A program made the translations under genes and the position numbers. A DNA stretch of 63,624 bases, the filler included, from Licmophora abbreviata (Eukaryota): NCBI GenBank assembly GCA_900291995.1. It is 10 parts of 10 records of this genome, joined end to end, with 100 filler letters (N's around TTAATTAATTAA, not from the genome) between each part and the next. Parts side by side here need not be neighbours in the genome. Positions count along the whole stretch, not along the records: positions 1 to 11,300 come from OLMU01004099.1; positions 11,401 to 14,986 come from OLMU01004100.1; 8 more parts are not named here. One strand, 5' to 3'. Numbering within the stretch: the first letter of the stretch is position 1; every line of letters begins with the position of its first letter. A model generated the notes under the pieces. That model was not told the DNA's origin, did no database searches, and saw only the letters and a list, made by a program, of their open reading frames with translations. Positions 1 through 11,553 of this stretch are shown one piece after another.

Positions 1-56
1 GGCGCGACACACATCGCTCTACTCATGATGCATCAGACGATAGGAGTCTTCCTCGG

Positions 57-1253
57 ATGGCTTTCTTTCTAGTATTATTATCATTGGTGAATGATGTTTG
101 CAGTTTCTCTTCCAGACCATCCTTGGTCCGTCGATCATTCAGTCGTCTCATTCTCCGGGACAATAATAGTGACATGATGGACCACAAAGTGTTCGGTTCC
201 GAGTCATCGCCCACCTCCTACTTTCACTGGGAGAGTGCACAAAACAAAACACAACACCTCTCTATACCTCCATCCTTTCGTCGTCGACAACGACGCGAGA
301 CTCCAACCAACAGCGATGTTGCCATTCAAGCCGCTATGGAATCCATCGGCATGCCCTGGATGTCGTCGATTGACCCCACGTACGACCCACAGGATGACCT
401 GACCTACATGAAGTTCTGGAATTGGCAATTGAACTTTATGCAGGAGCACTTAACGGACTTAAGCGTATTGCCCTCGGCCAATCACGATGGATCGTTGGAT
501 TTCTCCTATTGCGATACGGCTACGATGAGTATATCCAAAGAGCAGCCTGCTCGTGTGGCGAATCTCGCATTTGCCTCTCAAGAATACCGCAAGATTCGAA
601 TGACCTATTACGATGCCGGTCCGCGTGTCCAAGTCTTCAACTCCTTGTGGTACCCATCCAACAACCTCCCCGTACTGGGCATCGACTTGCTGCAATTCCA
701 TCATGGCAAGAAACACCTCTGTGTTGTGGACTTTCAGCCTACTGCAACTGCTCGTTGCAGTCATACTGAGGATGATTGCGACAACGAGGTTGAGTCGGCG
801 CATGACGCCCCATATCACTACTTGATGGAGCCGATTGCTCGCAAGTATAGCAAGTTGCAGCAGGGGAGCAAAATGAGTAAGCGATTCTACGATGAATCGC
901 AATTCTTTTCGCCTCACAAGCTCTTTACGAGATTCGAGGATGAATCGTTGATAGAGACGGACGTCTTGCCTGCCTTTCAGGAGTACGTCAAGGCACACGT
1001 ATGTGACTTGGTCAAGCCAGTCGTAAGAAACACATTGACGAAGACGACGACAAGCCAGACAGTATCCTTACGACAACATATTCCGGTATCGATTTTGGAG
1101 CGACAACAGGCATACGATGCGTACTCGGCCGACCGGGATCCGGCCAAGGCCATGTTTGCGCGTGTATTTGGTCCAGATTGGGCCGACGCGTACGTACACG
1201 AGTTTCTGTTTGATCTGAGTCGGGTCGATGACTTGTTATCATGTCAACACTAA
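57..1253 (+). CDS. pebA: Ferredoxin-dependent bilin reductase, PebA-like (15,16-dihydrobiliverdin:ferredoxin oxidoreductase), plastid-targeted, paralog 1
   Basis: 398-aa ORF with PebA motifs EYRKIRMTYYDAG..QVFNSLWYP, LPVLGIDLL, VVDFQP, RFYDESQFFS, YDAYSADRDPA..FGPDWAD.YVHEFLF; N-terminal signal peptide ending VCS-F followed by an S/R-rich transit peptide. Confidence 0.85.
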   Translation: MAFFLVLLSLVNDVCSFSSRPSLVRRSFSRLILRDNNSDMMDHKVFGSESSPTSYFHWESAQNKTQHLSIPPSFRRRQRRETPTNSDVAIQAAMESIGMPWMSSIDPTYDPQDDLTYMKFWNWQLNFMQEHLTDLSVLPSANHDGSLDFSYCDTATMSISKEQPARVANLAFASQEYRKIRMTYYDAGPRVQVFNSLWYPSNNLPVLGIDLLQFHHGKKHLCVVDFQPTATARCSHTEDDCDNEVESAHDAPYHYLMEPIARKYSKLQQGSKMSKRFYDESQFFSPHKLFTRFEDESLIETDVLPAFQEYVKAHVCDLVKPVVRNTLTKTTTSQTVSLRQHIPVSILERQQAYDAYSADRDPAKAMFARVFGPDWADAYVHEFLFDLSRVDDLLSCQH

Positions 1254-1487
1254 TCCATGGTGGACGGCGTGATGGGGTGTTGTAAGGGGACGTGCCAGCA
1301 CTGTTGTACAAGGCGATAATATAGAATAAAGATAAACCCGAGTCATTCGTTGGTAACGTATGATACAAATAAGAGCTCTGGCTAGAGGGAGTCAGTCAAT
1401 CGAGTGTAAATCAAAACTGCTTCTCTATATGCAGGTACTAGTCTTACAGAATCTACAAACTATTGCGAGAGATCATGAACGAGTTCA

Positions 1488-2645
1488 TCATCTCGCTGCT
1501 GCCACCTCGGTCGGTTGTGCTCCTTGGGGTGCACCACCACCTTGTGGGGGTGGGCCACCGCCGCCACCCATCATGCCCATGGGCGGCATTTGCACGCCTC
1601 CCTCTGTTCGCTCGCTGAGAGAGAACAAAAAGTCAAACACAAAGTCGTCGGCCCATTCCTTGCCAAACATGGCAGCAAAGAGACCCGTAGCTGGATCGCG
1701 CTCGGCCGAGTAGGTATCATACGCCTTTTGCCGTTCCATAACGGATCGTCGTTCGTTCGGATTGGCATCGGTGGAACGGATCAAGTCCAAATGTGTCTGC
1801 ACGTACTGCTGAAAGGCAGGCATCAAGTCGTTGTTGACAACTTTTTCGTCTTCAAATCGAGCAAAGAGCATTTGCTGTGAGAAGAACTTGGTTTCGTCGT
1901 AAAACTTGGAGCTCATGCGTCCCTTCAACGACTCGTAGTTGTCCTTGATGGGCTGCAACAAGTGTTCGTAGGTGGCGGCATGCTGGTCTTCGTCGTCATG
2001 AAGCGGCTGAAAGTCGCAGATTGCGAGGTACTTTTTGCGGTTGAACGACAGAAAGTCCGCCCCGAGCACGGGCAGGTTGTACTCTGGGTTGGGATACCAA
2101 ACCGAGTTGAAGACCTGGGTGTTGTCTCCCGCATCGTAGTAAGTCATGCGGATCTTGCGGTATTCGTCCGACGAAAAGCACAAGTTGACGATGCGTGCCT
2201 TCTTTTTGGAATTTTCCGTGTAGGAAAAGTCAGTGTTACTGGACGAGGACTCGCAGGCCTGTACACGAAGGTTCGTCAAGTTTTCCTTCATGAACTGCAT
2301 CTGCCAGTCCCAGAAAGGCATATAGAGGAGGTCTTGTGCATCCTGGTCAATGGAGGTCGTCCAGGGCATGCCGTGGGCCGCTTCGGCCTCATGGACCGTG
2401 ACAGTAGGACCAGCCATGAGCTGATCGAGTGAGGTCTTGTCCTGCAGCATTTTTTCAATGTTGATACGCGAAGCTTGGTCAATAGAGTCGCCCTCCATGT
2501 CCATTTTCCACGGAGTACTGGTACCGGTCGATACAGATGATGGCGGCGAGGAGACGACCGGACTGCCGACAAAACTGCGTCGCGGCGTGGAAGTCATGTA
2601 CGCATCTACCACAGGGAGAGCCAAGAGCAAGTGCTGAGCCTTCAT
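1488..2645 (-). CDS. pebA: Ferredoxin-dependent bilin reductase, PebA-like, plastid-targeted, paralog 2
   Basis: Motifs EYRKIRMTYYDAG..QVFNSVWYP..YNLPVLGADFLSF, CDFQPL, KFYDETKFFS, YDTYSAERDPATGLFAAMFGKEWADDFVFDFLF; first ATG at 2645 (MKAQHLLLALPVVDA-Y). Confidence 0.9.
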   Translation of the reverse strand: MKAQHLLLALPVVDAYMTSTPRRSFVGSPVVSSPPSSVSTGTSTPWKMDMEGDSIDQASRINIEKMLQDKTSLDQLMAGPTVTVHEAEAAHGMPWTTSIDQDAQDLLYMPFWDWQMQFMKENLTNLRVQACESSSSNTDFSYTENSKKKARIVNLCFSSDEYRKIRMTYYDAGDNTQVFNSVWYPNPEYNLPVLGADFLSFNRKKYLAICDFQPLHDDEDQHAATYEHLLQPIKDNYESLKGRMSSKFYDETKFFSQQMLFARFEDEKVVNNDLMPAFQQYVQTHLDLIRSTDANPNERRSVMERQKAYDTYSAERDPATGLFAAMFGKEWADDFVFDFLFSLSERTEGGVQMPPMGMMGGGGGPPPQGGGAPQGAQPTEVAAAR

Positions 2646-3231
2646 GCTTGCAAGTTTCGTTCCGGTTAGATACAAACTGGGTCAAAGAAACAGGGTCTCT
2701 CGTTGCGGGGGGGCGACGAAAAAAGTGTGAATGGTGGGAGCAAGTTGAGTTTCAGAATGCTTCGCGATCTTTGTGTAGACTTTCTACTGCGGGCTACGTA
2801 GCCGCGCCCACATCGACCGGTTGAACCTGAAAGATCGCAAAGAACCACTCCCAAGCGTGAGCATGGAAATTTTATTTTCTACACTTTGATGGTTTTAGCA
2901 TAAGCAATTTATGAATCGAAGATGATGCTAGAGATGTACCAGTTCGCTGACGAACGACAACTGGGATTCCCTTTTGTAGGACAGTGTATACGTATCCTTC
3001 TCGTAGAAGAAAGGAATTTCAAATCGATACAGATTTCAGATTGCGTTCGCGTTTTGTCAATATGAGTCGAAGGAGTCATGACAAGTTAGTGGCTATTGTG
3101 GACGAACACGACACCCTGCCATACCGTTAGATCTACAGGCACGACGAAGCACTTGAAGCACTGACAGTCATATCATAGCAAGAGTGTTCATGTAATCTAA
3201 TGGACTTTTTTAGTAAGTACGACATGATGAC

Positions 3232-4540
3232 CTAAATTTCATAGAGAACCTTACCCTTGCTCTTTCCTGCCTCGAGGTAGAGGTGACCCTCCGCCGCTTG
3301 GTCGAGCGGGAATGTCGTGTCGACGCTCACCTTGAGCTTGCCATCCTTCAACCAGTCGAAAATCTCGCCGGCACGCCACACGAGCTCCTCCCGCGTCACA
3401 GTATAGTCCAACAACTTGGGACGAGTCACGTACGCCGACTTGCCAATCAGTCGAAGGACAGGAAAGGCTGGTACGGCGCCGGAGGCATTTCCAAACGAAA
3501 CAAAGATACCCCGACGGGCCAAGGAGTTAATAGAAATGTCCATGGTACTCTTTCCAATACCATCAATCACACACTTGACGCCCTCGTTGTTTGTCACTTC
3601 CATGACACGCTTGACAACGTCCACAGACTCGTAGTCCTCGAAAGACGCTCCCGGAACCTCGTCCAACACGATCAACTCATCGCATCCTAGATCACTGGCA
3701 ATGTCTGCCTTGCCCTTGGAGACGGTTCCAATCACTTTGAATCCCCGAAACTTGGCCATCTGTGCAGCCCACTGGCAGGTACCACCCCCAACACCGTGAA
3801 TCAAACACCATTCGCCCTCCTTGATCAAGTCGGCATGCGCCGATGTCGTCAAGTAGTGAGCCGTCATTCCCTGAACCACACACGATGTCGCAACATCCAG
3901 GCCAATGCTATCTGGAACGGGCAAGAGCTTGGCGGCTGGAACAGCCGTGTACTCGGCATACGATCCAAACACGGAGTAAGCGACGCGGTCGCCTACTTTG
4001 ATTCCCTGGGACGCTGCTTCATCTGACACAGCCGCAACTGTTCCTCCTCCCTCCTGTCCGCCAACAAAGGGAAGATCCCGAGCGTACAATCCTTTGCGAT
4101 GATACGTATCAATAAAGTTAATACCCGCAAACTGATTCTTCACGATGACTTGTCCTTTCCCCATGGCCGGAGTGGGAAAGTCTTCTTCGACCTTGAGCGC
4201 ATGAGCATCTCCAGTTTCGCGGACTACTGCCGCCTAAGAGCACGTGGGAAAGCAGAGGCAGATGGGACGTTAGAACACGAAAAAAGCCCGAAAGCGGGGA
4301 TGAACTCTGGCGGCTAGCGTCGGTGTCTCCAAAATGTGAGCGTTCGTCCTTCGTAGGCACACCCGCGTGCGTACGTCTTGTGACTACTGCAGTCGCGTGG
4401 GAGACTCCTGTGTTGTGTTCAATCTGCCGATTGGTCGACCTTACCTTCATTGTGGCTGGAACAGACGACATGGAGCGATGCAGCAAGGCAAACGCAGAGT
4501 TTGGCTGCTGTGTAACACGACGGGTAACGATCGAAAACAT
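3232..4540 (-). CDS. NADPH:quinone oxidoreductase (zeta-crystallin/Qor, MDR family), probably mitochondrial
   Basis: GINFIDTYHRKGLY, GQEGGG, QGMTAHYL, HGVGGG, VSFGNASG, YVTRPKL, SKGKVL; exon 1 4540-4445 (MFSIVTRRV..RSMSS, mitochondrial-type presequence), GT-AG intron 4444-4234, exon 2 in frame. Confidence 0.9.
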
Positions 4541-5085
4541 CTCAAGAACAGTAGTGAACACACAATGAGAAAGCTGTGGTTGATGTTTCGCTCTCAGTCT
4601 CTTTGTGACGCGATGACGATGAGGTGGGAGCGCGCGGGAGGAAATAAATCGAAGGAATCAGGAATGTATTATATACATTACTTATGAATATGTTGGGCCA
4701 ATTGTGTCCTATTGGTGAAACGTGATACTTAATGCAATCGCCGAATAGACACCCAATCGCTCAAAAATCGAAACACACATCAATCTCGCGGGTCTCACAA
4801 ATCAAATTTTCTAATCTCGTCTATGTGCCTCTCACAAAGGAAGACATCGGTCGACCGAACTTGAAACCACAGGTTCACCCACTGGAGCAGAAAGTTCATT
4901 GATCGAGATAGTGCTGGCAGTGGAGAGTCGAAAATTTGGCTGTAAAAGCTATCGTCCTGCTCTCAATCGTCGATCCGTATCGCTCTAGTTGGGCGTACTT
5001 CAAAGTTTTAGAAGAACACTGTGGCCTCACCCAGTGCGCTCCTCGACTGGCATCTCAAATCAAAAGAGTTCACAGTTTTAGAACA

Positions 5086-6751
5086 ATGTCCCCATTGGGA
5101 ATCTTTCAACGGCACCAAAAGGCACCTGTCGTCTCATCAAAGGAGTCCTCAGACCTTCGCATGGTCAAAACGACAAATGGTCTCGCTTTAGCCTCTCACC
5201 AAGGCATGATAGTCACTGTCCCAACACCCAGTGATTTAACGGAAACAAGTCATCTGAAGATTGTTCGTGTCTCTTCTTGTCTTTCCTTCTCGGATGACGA
5301 AGACGATGACGACTGGAAGCGTGAGCTAGCGATGGCCACCTCGGCACATCAACCTAGGAGCGAAAAACATCCAGTTCTGTCGCCTCCTCCTCCACCACCA
5401 CCACCGCCGCTTTCATCCCTGCGAGAGCTTCACCCAAGTGATTCTCATTCGACAGACTCCTCTGTTCCACAAGTTCCGCTCAAGCGAGCTTCCTCGTCAG
5501 CAGCGCTGGATTCCCTCAAGTTACGATCGCCTAGTATCGAGGTTGCCCGCCGGCGAACATTCACAGAGACGTATGAGTTGCCTGTGTCTCCCACACGTCC
5601 AATCAAGCCAAGCCATAGACGGTACAGATCCTTTACGGAGCAGGATATGCAAGAAGTTGGGGATCTTCAGGACTCTGCCGACTTTCAGGCAGCTCGGGTG
5701 CCCATGCCTCGACCGGAGAACGGACTGATCGGTGACTCCGCGCCATCAGCTCAGGGTGCGAGCCCGCCGTCCCGTGGCAGACTTCTCTCATTGGCCAATG
5801 GCTCAACCCTCGTTCATGATTTGGTCTCCTTGACACGTATTCTGGATCAAAGGCGGAAGAAGTATGGCATCTTTCATGTCAACGGTCGGTCTCGTTTGGA
5901 ACCAGATTGGAAACTATCACTTTCGCTGCCATGAGTATGAAAAGGCTTTGGTCGCGTATCGAGAAGCGCTTGAATGCAGGGACGACAAATCTGAAGTCAT
6001 AGGTCAGGAGCACATTGCATCGGCGTATGCAAATATTGGGACTGTACTGTGGAGCACGGGACGTGCCGAGCAAGCCATCACTCCGCTTCGAAAAGCCGAA
6101 CGGATGCGCATTGCGTTCGAGGTGTCTCAAGGTCGGGATCCGGAAAGATGCCTAGCGATTGCAGAAAGCCAACACCAACTAGGATTGGCGCTCTGTCTGA
6201 ATCAACAGTTTGACGATGCGTTGGACGCACTTCAAAGAGCCCTGCTCATTCGACAGAGAATGGCGGGTGAAAAGAGTGTGGCGGCTGCTTTGTCGCTTGA
6301 TGCTATTGGGAAGATACATTTTCTTCGTGGTGACTTTGCCGAGGCCATGACCTTTCACAAACGAGCACTATTGTTGAAACGGAGCGAATCGATGCAAGGA
6401 AGTCCGACAGTTCTGGCTTCAATGAAGAACGTCGCTGCCGTCCAGGAAGCGTGTGGAGACTATGACGGGGCTGTGGCATCACTCTTGGAAGCTGTCGAGG
6501 AGCAGAAACTGCATCTATCCAAACTGATGAGACACCTCCGAGTTGGTGGACGGCAGCACCAGACATTTCGTCTTGCAAGGGAGGTCGGTGATACCCTCCA
6601 ACAGATAGCAAGGGTGCACTTTGCGCGGAACAACTTTATTCCGAACAGAGCTGTTGAAGACGCAGTCCGGGAAGCAATCTCGTACTATCGTGAGGGTGGA
6701 GTTGCAGACAATGACCCTACGATGATTGCGCTCCGCACCTTCATTACCTAG
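5086..6751 (+). CDS. TPR-repeat protein (kinesin light chain/nephrocystin-3-like TPRs) with a disordered Pro/Ser-rich N-terminus; apparent frameshift near 5880
   Basis: TPR-type repeats VWNQIGN, AYANIGTV, SQHQLGLA, SLDAIGKI in ORF 5864-6751; the upstream ORF reads RRKKYGIFH and would join after a 1-nt shift. Confidence 0.7.
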
Positions 6752-6943
6752 CCGCTGCTACGAAGTTGGCGTGTACCAAGTCTGTTCTTTTTTCCGTTGA
6801 TCATCATATGAAGGTGGCTGATATTGAACGCTGTCTCGCATCGATGCTATTGAAGATCATAAACACATAATAATCTGGATAACTAAGAAATTTTAAAACT
6901 ATGAAACATAAACGGAAGCACGACGCCGTCATCCGACTAAGGT

Positions 6944-9571
6944 TTAACGCCGTCCCCTGCCCATTTCCAGAAGCGTAGTCATAAGTTCCTTCACTTGCTG
7001 AAGATCTGACATTACTTCACTCTGGACGGTATCGACTTCGTTCCTCATCCGACTCATTTCGTTTCGATCGACAGCCATTTCTCTCTTGAGGTCACCCTTG
7101 AGCGATTTGATGTTGGTCTGAATCTCCTGAAGCTGCTCGAGCTTGTGTTTTTCCAGATCAGCACGAGAGATGGCAGTCTCCTTTTGAACGAAGAGATACT
7201 CGCGAATCTGCGGAGGCCACAGCCAGCCAGCAGTCATGAGTCCTGCAATTATCCAAAGGGGGATGACGAAGACGACGGCCAACCCACGGAAGAGGAAGTA
7301 GCACCAGAATTCGAGGTTGCTGGGGCTCATATCAATATCATCGTATAAATGTTGATCAAAAAGCTGCACAAGATTCTTCCAACCATCGTGAAAGACTCGC
7401 TTCGAAGCTGCACCACCCTTTCGTCCGCTTGTCGCAACGTTTCCATTCCTGCCTTCCTGGACTTCGGCGGGAGCACCGTCGGTACCTTCTCCGCCCCGGC
7501 ATAGCTTCAGCTTGCTGCGCAAACCGTACGAGATACCGTCCATCTCGGCAATGAAATCAAGACGATTCGACCAGAACACAATCGCTGCGCGGTCGTTCTG
7601 AATGATTTCGTACGAGTCCGTCACGATAGCAATAAGCACGTTACTGAGCAAAATCACAACCAAGAAAGCGTACAAGACGTAAAGCACCTGTGCCACTTGC
7701 GATGTTTCGTATCTCGTCTCATCTCCAATCTCACCCATCATCATGGTGTACACCTTCAGCAATGACGAGTCGAACGCACAGTGCGGAAATTCGCAATATC
7801 CATCACGTTCACCCTCTGGCGGTTCCTCGCATATGGCAGTATCCGTGTAGACAATGTAGAACATCTGGGCAAACGCCAAGAGAATCACACCGACGGCCAA
7901 CAAGAATGCGGCGAGGCGCTGAAGGACGTAAAAGACACCACCGACAAAAACGGCAAAGTCGACCAGAGTACTCTTGAGGAAGTAAATGACTGCCAACCAG
8001 AGAATACCTTTCGTAAAAGCCACTCCATAGCGGAATGCCTCATCACTGATTCCCCAATCATCATTTGTCATGAGGACACCATAGTAAAAGACTAGGATGA
8101 TCACACACATATCCAGCCAGTTACTAGGATCGTAGAACCACGAGCTGACATTCCCCAAAGTCCATAGAGAAATGATCTGCAAGAGTTCGCGAGCCAGGAA
8201 GTACGCACCACCGATGAACAAGAGAACGAGAGCTATATCGGACTCGGTCGGGACATTGGCGAAGCGAAAGTCAATGTGATCGCGTGTCGTAATCTCAAAC
8301 GTGACGATCAAGACCATCAACATGTAGCCATCGAGCATCAGAAAACTCGTAGGGAAGCGCTGGACAATCTTTTCGTTGAGAATGTTACGAACGTGAGGAC
8401 TGACGACAGCAACATCTTGCAACCAGTCAGGCAAATCCTGAAGTGCCGTCAAGAAGTCCGCCGTCGCATGGGGCTCGGCCTCCAAGTACATTTTGAGGCA
8501 GTCCGACACGCTGTTGCGCTGTGCGGCCGTTTCCGCTTTGAATCCATGGAGACCCAACGCGAGCAGATGAATGGGCAAGTAGCCCTTTTGATCGCGCAAG
8601 TTAATGGTCGCAGGAGGGCTCTGGTTCACCAAGAACTCAATGACGCCGGGACTTTGTTTGCGATGAGCGTTGACAAGCGCCAAATGCATGGGCGTACGTC
8701 CATTGTTCTCGCGAGCTACCAAACTGTCTGGATACGCCTCCTCCAGGACAACCAAGACTCCCTGCGAGACACCGTAGGCCGAGGCGTAATGCATGGGAAG
8801 CATGCCTCTGATATCGGGAAGCTCGGCTGCCCCCGTGTCGCTGAGGAATCCAACGTTGGAAGCCATGGCCTCGGACCTCTGCGCCAAGTAGAAGTGAAGA
8901 GGCGTACGCTTCTGCGTATCCTGTACGAGCTTGCCTTCCGGATAGGCCTCACAAAGAATAAACAAGACGTCTCCCTTAGCACCATTGGCACATGCATGGT
9001 GAAGCGGTAGCCATCCGTGGCTATCCGATACACTGGCCATTTCGGGCGAGGCTGCGAGCAGGTCTTGGATGATCTCGACAGGCGGGTCGCTGAGCTTGCA
9101 AATGTTGTGGAGGCAGGTGGAATCGTTGGTGCCGCGGACAGCACATGCCGCAGAGCGATCTATCATGTCTTGATGTGCATGGAGCCACTTGCGGACGCGG
9201 TCGTAGGTCTGATCGACGACTTCTTTGCGACGGTTGAGTTCGGTCTGGGTGACTGGGCGATTGTTCTCGTTGGGACGCGCCATGCCCTCCTCGATGATGA
9301 CAAATAGACGCGTCGGTTCATCGTCGGCCTGGACGTCGTCATGATCATCGTTGTACTCAATCTCATCCTCGTCATCGCCGTCGTTGATGGGACGTCCTCG
9401 ATAGCGGTCGCTATAAGCTGGGTAATCCATGGGAGCCTGAGCGTCTCCTACAAAGGCATCTCCTACTTGAGCACGGGCATCGTCTTCCGCAGCAGCTCCG
9501 GTAGAAAAAACTGCAGATTCCCGTCCTTCTAGACCAGGCGAAGGGGCACGATCCCGATGATCGCGGTACAT
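6944..9571 (-). CDS. Ankyrin-repeat, TRP-like cation channel
   Basis: Ankyrin repeats (GWLPLHHAC, KRTPLH, GMLPMHYA, GRTPMHLA, GYLPIHL), six hydrophobic segments, SNWLD, pore LLKVYTMMMGE, S6 VILLSNVLIAIVTDSYE, post-S6 WSNRL and a C-terminal coiled coil; first ATG at 9571. Confidence 0.85.
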   Translation of the reverse strand: MYRDHRDRAPSPGLEGRESAVFSTGAAAEDDARAQVGDAFVGDAQAPMDYPAYSDRYRGRPINDGDDEDEIEYNDDHDDVQADDEPTRLFVIIEEGMARPNENNRPVTQTELNRRKEVVDQTYDRVRKWLHAHQDMIDRSAACAVRGTNDSTCLHNICKLSDPPVEIIQDLLAASPEMASVSDSHGWLPLHHACANGAKGDVLFILCEAYPEGKLVQDTQKRTPLHFYLAQRSEAMASNVGFLSDTGAAELPDIRGMLPMHYASAYGVSQGVLVVLEEAYPDSLVARENNGRTPMHLALVNAHRKQSPGVIEFLVNQSPPATINLRDQKGYLPIHLLALGLHGFKAETAAQRNSVSDCLKMYLEAEPHATADFLTALQDLPDWLQDVAVVSPHVRNILNEKIVQRFPTSFLMLDGYMLMVLIVTFEITTRDHIDFRFANVPTESDIALVLLFIGGAYFLARELLQIISLWTLGNVSSWFYDPSNWLDMCVIILVFYYGVLMTNDDWGISDEAFRYGVAFTKGILWLAVIYFLKSTLVDFAVFVGGVFYVLQRLAAFLLAVGVILLAFAQMFYIVYTDTAICEEPPEGERDGYCEFPHCAFDSSLLKVYTMMMGEIGDETRYETSQVAQVLYVLYAFLVVILLSNVLIAIVTDSYEIIQNDRAAIVFWSNRLDFIAEMDGISYGLRSKLKLCRGGEGTDGAPAEVQEGRNGNVATSGRKGGAASKRVFHDGWKNLVQLFDQHLYDDIDMSPSNLEFWCYFLFRGLAVVFVIPLWIIAGLMTAGWLWPPQIREYLFVQKETAISRADLEKHKLEQLQEIQTNIKSLKGDLKREMAVDRNEMSRMRNEVDTVQSEVMSDLQQVKELMTTLLEMGRGRR

Positions 9572-10268
9572 GGTAATGTTGGTGGTTGTGGTGACCTTGA
9601 ACTTGGTGGCACTTCTGAGCGACGTCGAATGGAAACTGATTTGCAAAGAACTTCACTCAGAGTTCACTCCAATTTACTTCGGTTCAAATCAAGAGAAGCG
9701 CCCCTAAACACACTAATCTCCTCTTGGATGGTTTGCCGTCAGCCTCTTCCAACACAAAAGCGTGGCGATGACTTGGACTTTCTTTCCAATAGATAGTTGT
9801 TGTGTGCAATGTGACTGCGAGTGTGGGTATAGTGTCGTAGTGGTCGCGTGAGGTGAACTCTATTTTGGAATGACTCCCACATCGCGGAAAGATTTATCCG
9901 CGTAGACTGCGTTACAAAACTGTCGTTGAAAACGCAAGGGCCAAGACATCATCCGTCTTGGGTGCCACAGCCATCACACCATCATCGCCCCAAGTGAAAC
10001 AATACAGTGAGTAGAGGTAGTTCCCACCAATCAGACACACAGACATTCCTTCAGGCCGTTATTTCACATCTTGGCATTGGCGATATTTTTGAAAGTATCA
10101 AGTCGCCAAATACCTTCATAAATGAGGGTGAATATAGCTTTTTAAATCGTAGAGTGATCTGTGATTCAGTGCTCATGTCTACGCGCCGGAAGACCTACAT
10201 ACCCAAGAAGCCATCACTCAAAAGAGTTCAGTGATCATTCTTCTTTGCGCTGTTTTACCGTGTCCACG

Positions 10269-11553
10269 ATGAAGCTCCTCGCTGCCGTCTTGTCGCTCCT
10301 GAGCTTGGTCTCTACCGCCTCCTCCAGGGCTGTGGAGATCCCCATGAATGCCGCCATTGAGGCTTCCAGTGACACGGGCATGAAACTGCTGAGCCAGGCC
10401 CGTCGTTTGGATCAAAACGAGGCCGACTTTACCTGGGTCGCCGGATACGCTCTCAAGTTCCAGGGCTGTCATCACATTCAGCAGTGGAACGACTACGCCG
10501 ATGAGGACGAGGATGTGCGCATCAAGACCACCCGGCTCGTTCGCTTCCGGCTTTGCCCGAACTCGTCCTGCAGCTCCTCTGGATCGGCCGGATGCCGCTC
10601 GGGCTATGGCGACTACGTCGTCGACATGGAAACCTACGTGAATGCCTACTATGAAGTCTCCCGAAAGAACACGGAGTATGCCTGTGACATGCACTTGAAC
10701 TACAATTGTGACTGTAATGAACAGGACAGTAGTAAGGGAGACGACTTTGACGCCGAGTACTGTGAGTACGACTGCTTCAACGACGCTCGCATGTACCAGT
10801 GCATCGAGAACAATCCCTACGAACAGGACCAAAGCCAAGCGGAGGAAGAGTTCCAAGTCGAACAATACATGCAGTGTGCGCAGATTGATGTTCCCGATGA
10901 CAGCAGCAATGGTGGACGCCGGCTGGAGGAAGACTCGTCGGAGGAGGTTCAGTACTATGTCGGACCCTACTGTGCCGATCAGGGTGGCAAGATTCTGTTG
11001 GGCTTCTTTACCGATGACACGTGCACTACCTTTGCCGATAGCGATGCAGGACTTTCTACCTACAAGGAACTCATGGGAGAATCGCTTCCCTACTCCAAGA
11101 CCACCATCGTTGGAAGCGAGTGCGTCAAGTGCATCGAACAAGAATACAACCAGGACAATAGTGGTACGGACTCGACCGACGCGGACATGGTCCACGAGTC
11201 GTGTGAACAAATCTACCAAATGGCCGGCAAGTGTGAAGTGAAGCTGCCCGACGGTATGGTGGGAGGCGATGGCAAGAACGAGGCGGCGTGTAACTTTATC
11301 NNNNNNNNNNNNNNNNNNNNNNNNNNNNNNNNNNNNNNNNNNNNTTAATTAATTAANNNNNNNNNNNNNNNNNNNNNNNNNNNNNNNNNNNNNNNNNNNN
11401 GTCCGTGAGGATGGTATCATTACCGGCAGTGCTAGTCCAAGTCCTGTCATGACGGCGTTCATTGTCATCTTTGCCATGGCCTTTGCCGCCCTTGGTTTCT
11501 ATGTGTATTACCTTCGAACGCGACTTGGAACCAAGATGAACACTCTCTTGTGA
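10269..11553 (+). CDS. SIN1: Silicanin-1-like silica deposition vesicle type-I membrane protein (spans a gap)
   Basis: Signal peptide, RXL motif (ARRLD), YALKFQGCHHIQQWN..LVRFRLCP..GYGDYVVDM, Cys/Asp/Asn-rich lumenal domain, YYVGPYC; after the gap 11401-11553 encodes a TM helix plus the basic tail YVYYLRTRLGTKMNTLL*. Confidence 0.8.
11301..11400. other. Assembly spacer (N-TTAATTAATTAA-N, 100 nt); identical spacers at 14987-15086, 16116-16215, 23601-23700, 34774-34873, 37968-38067, 47020-47119, 55598-55697 and 58154-58253
   Basis: Identical all-frame-stop linker between N runs; artificial contig joins. Confidence 0.98.

Noticed and set aside
10218..11219. Long antisense ORFs (333 aa here; also 16689-17600, 45663-46478, 47905-48786 and 62393-63190)
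   Set aside because: They lie exactly opposite well-supported genes and have no motifs; they are shadows of codon bias.
11345..11356. Recurring TTAATTAATTAA palindrome as a biological repeat, CRISPR-like array or element end
   Set aside because: It is always centred in a 100-nt N spacer and is an artificial all-frame-stop linker.
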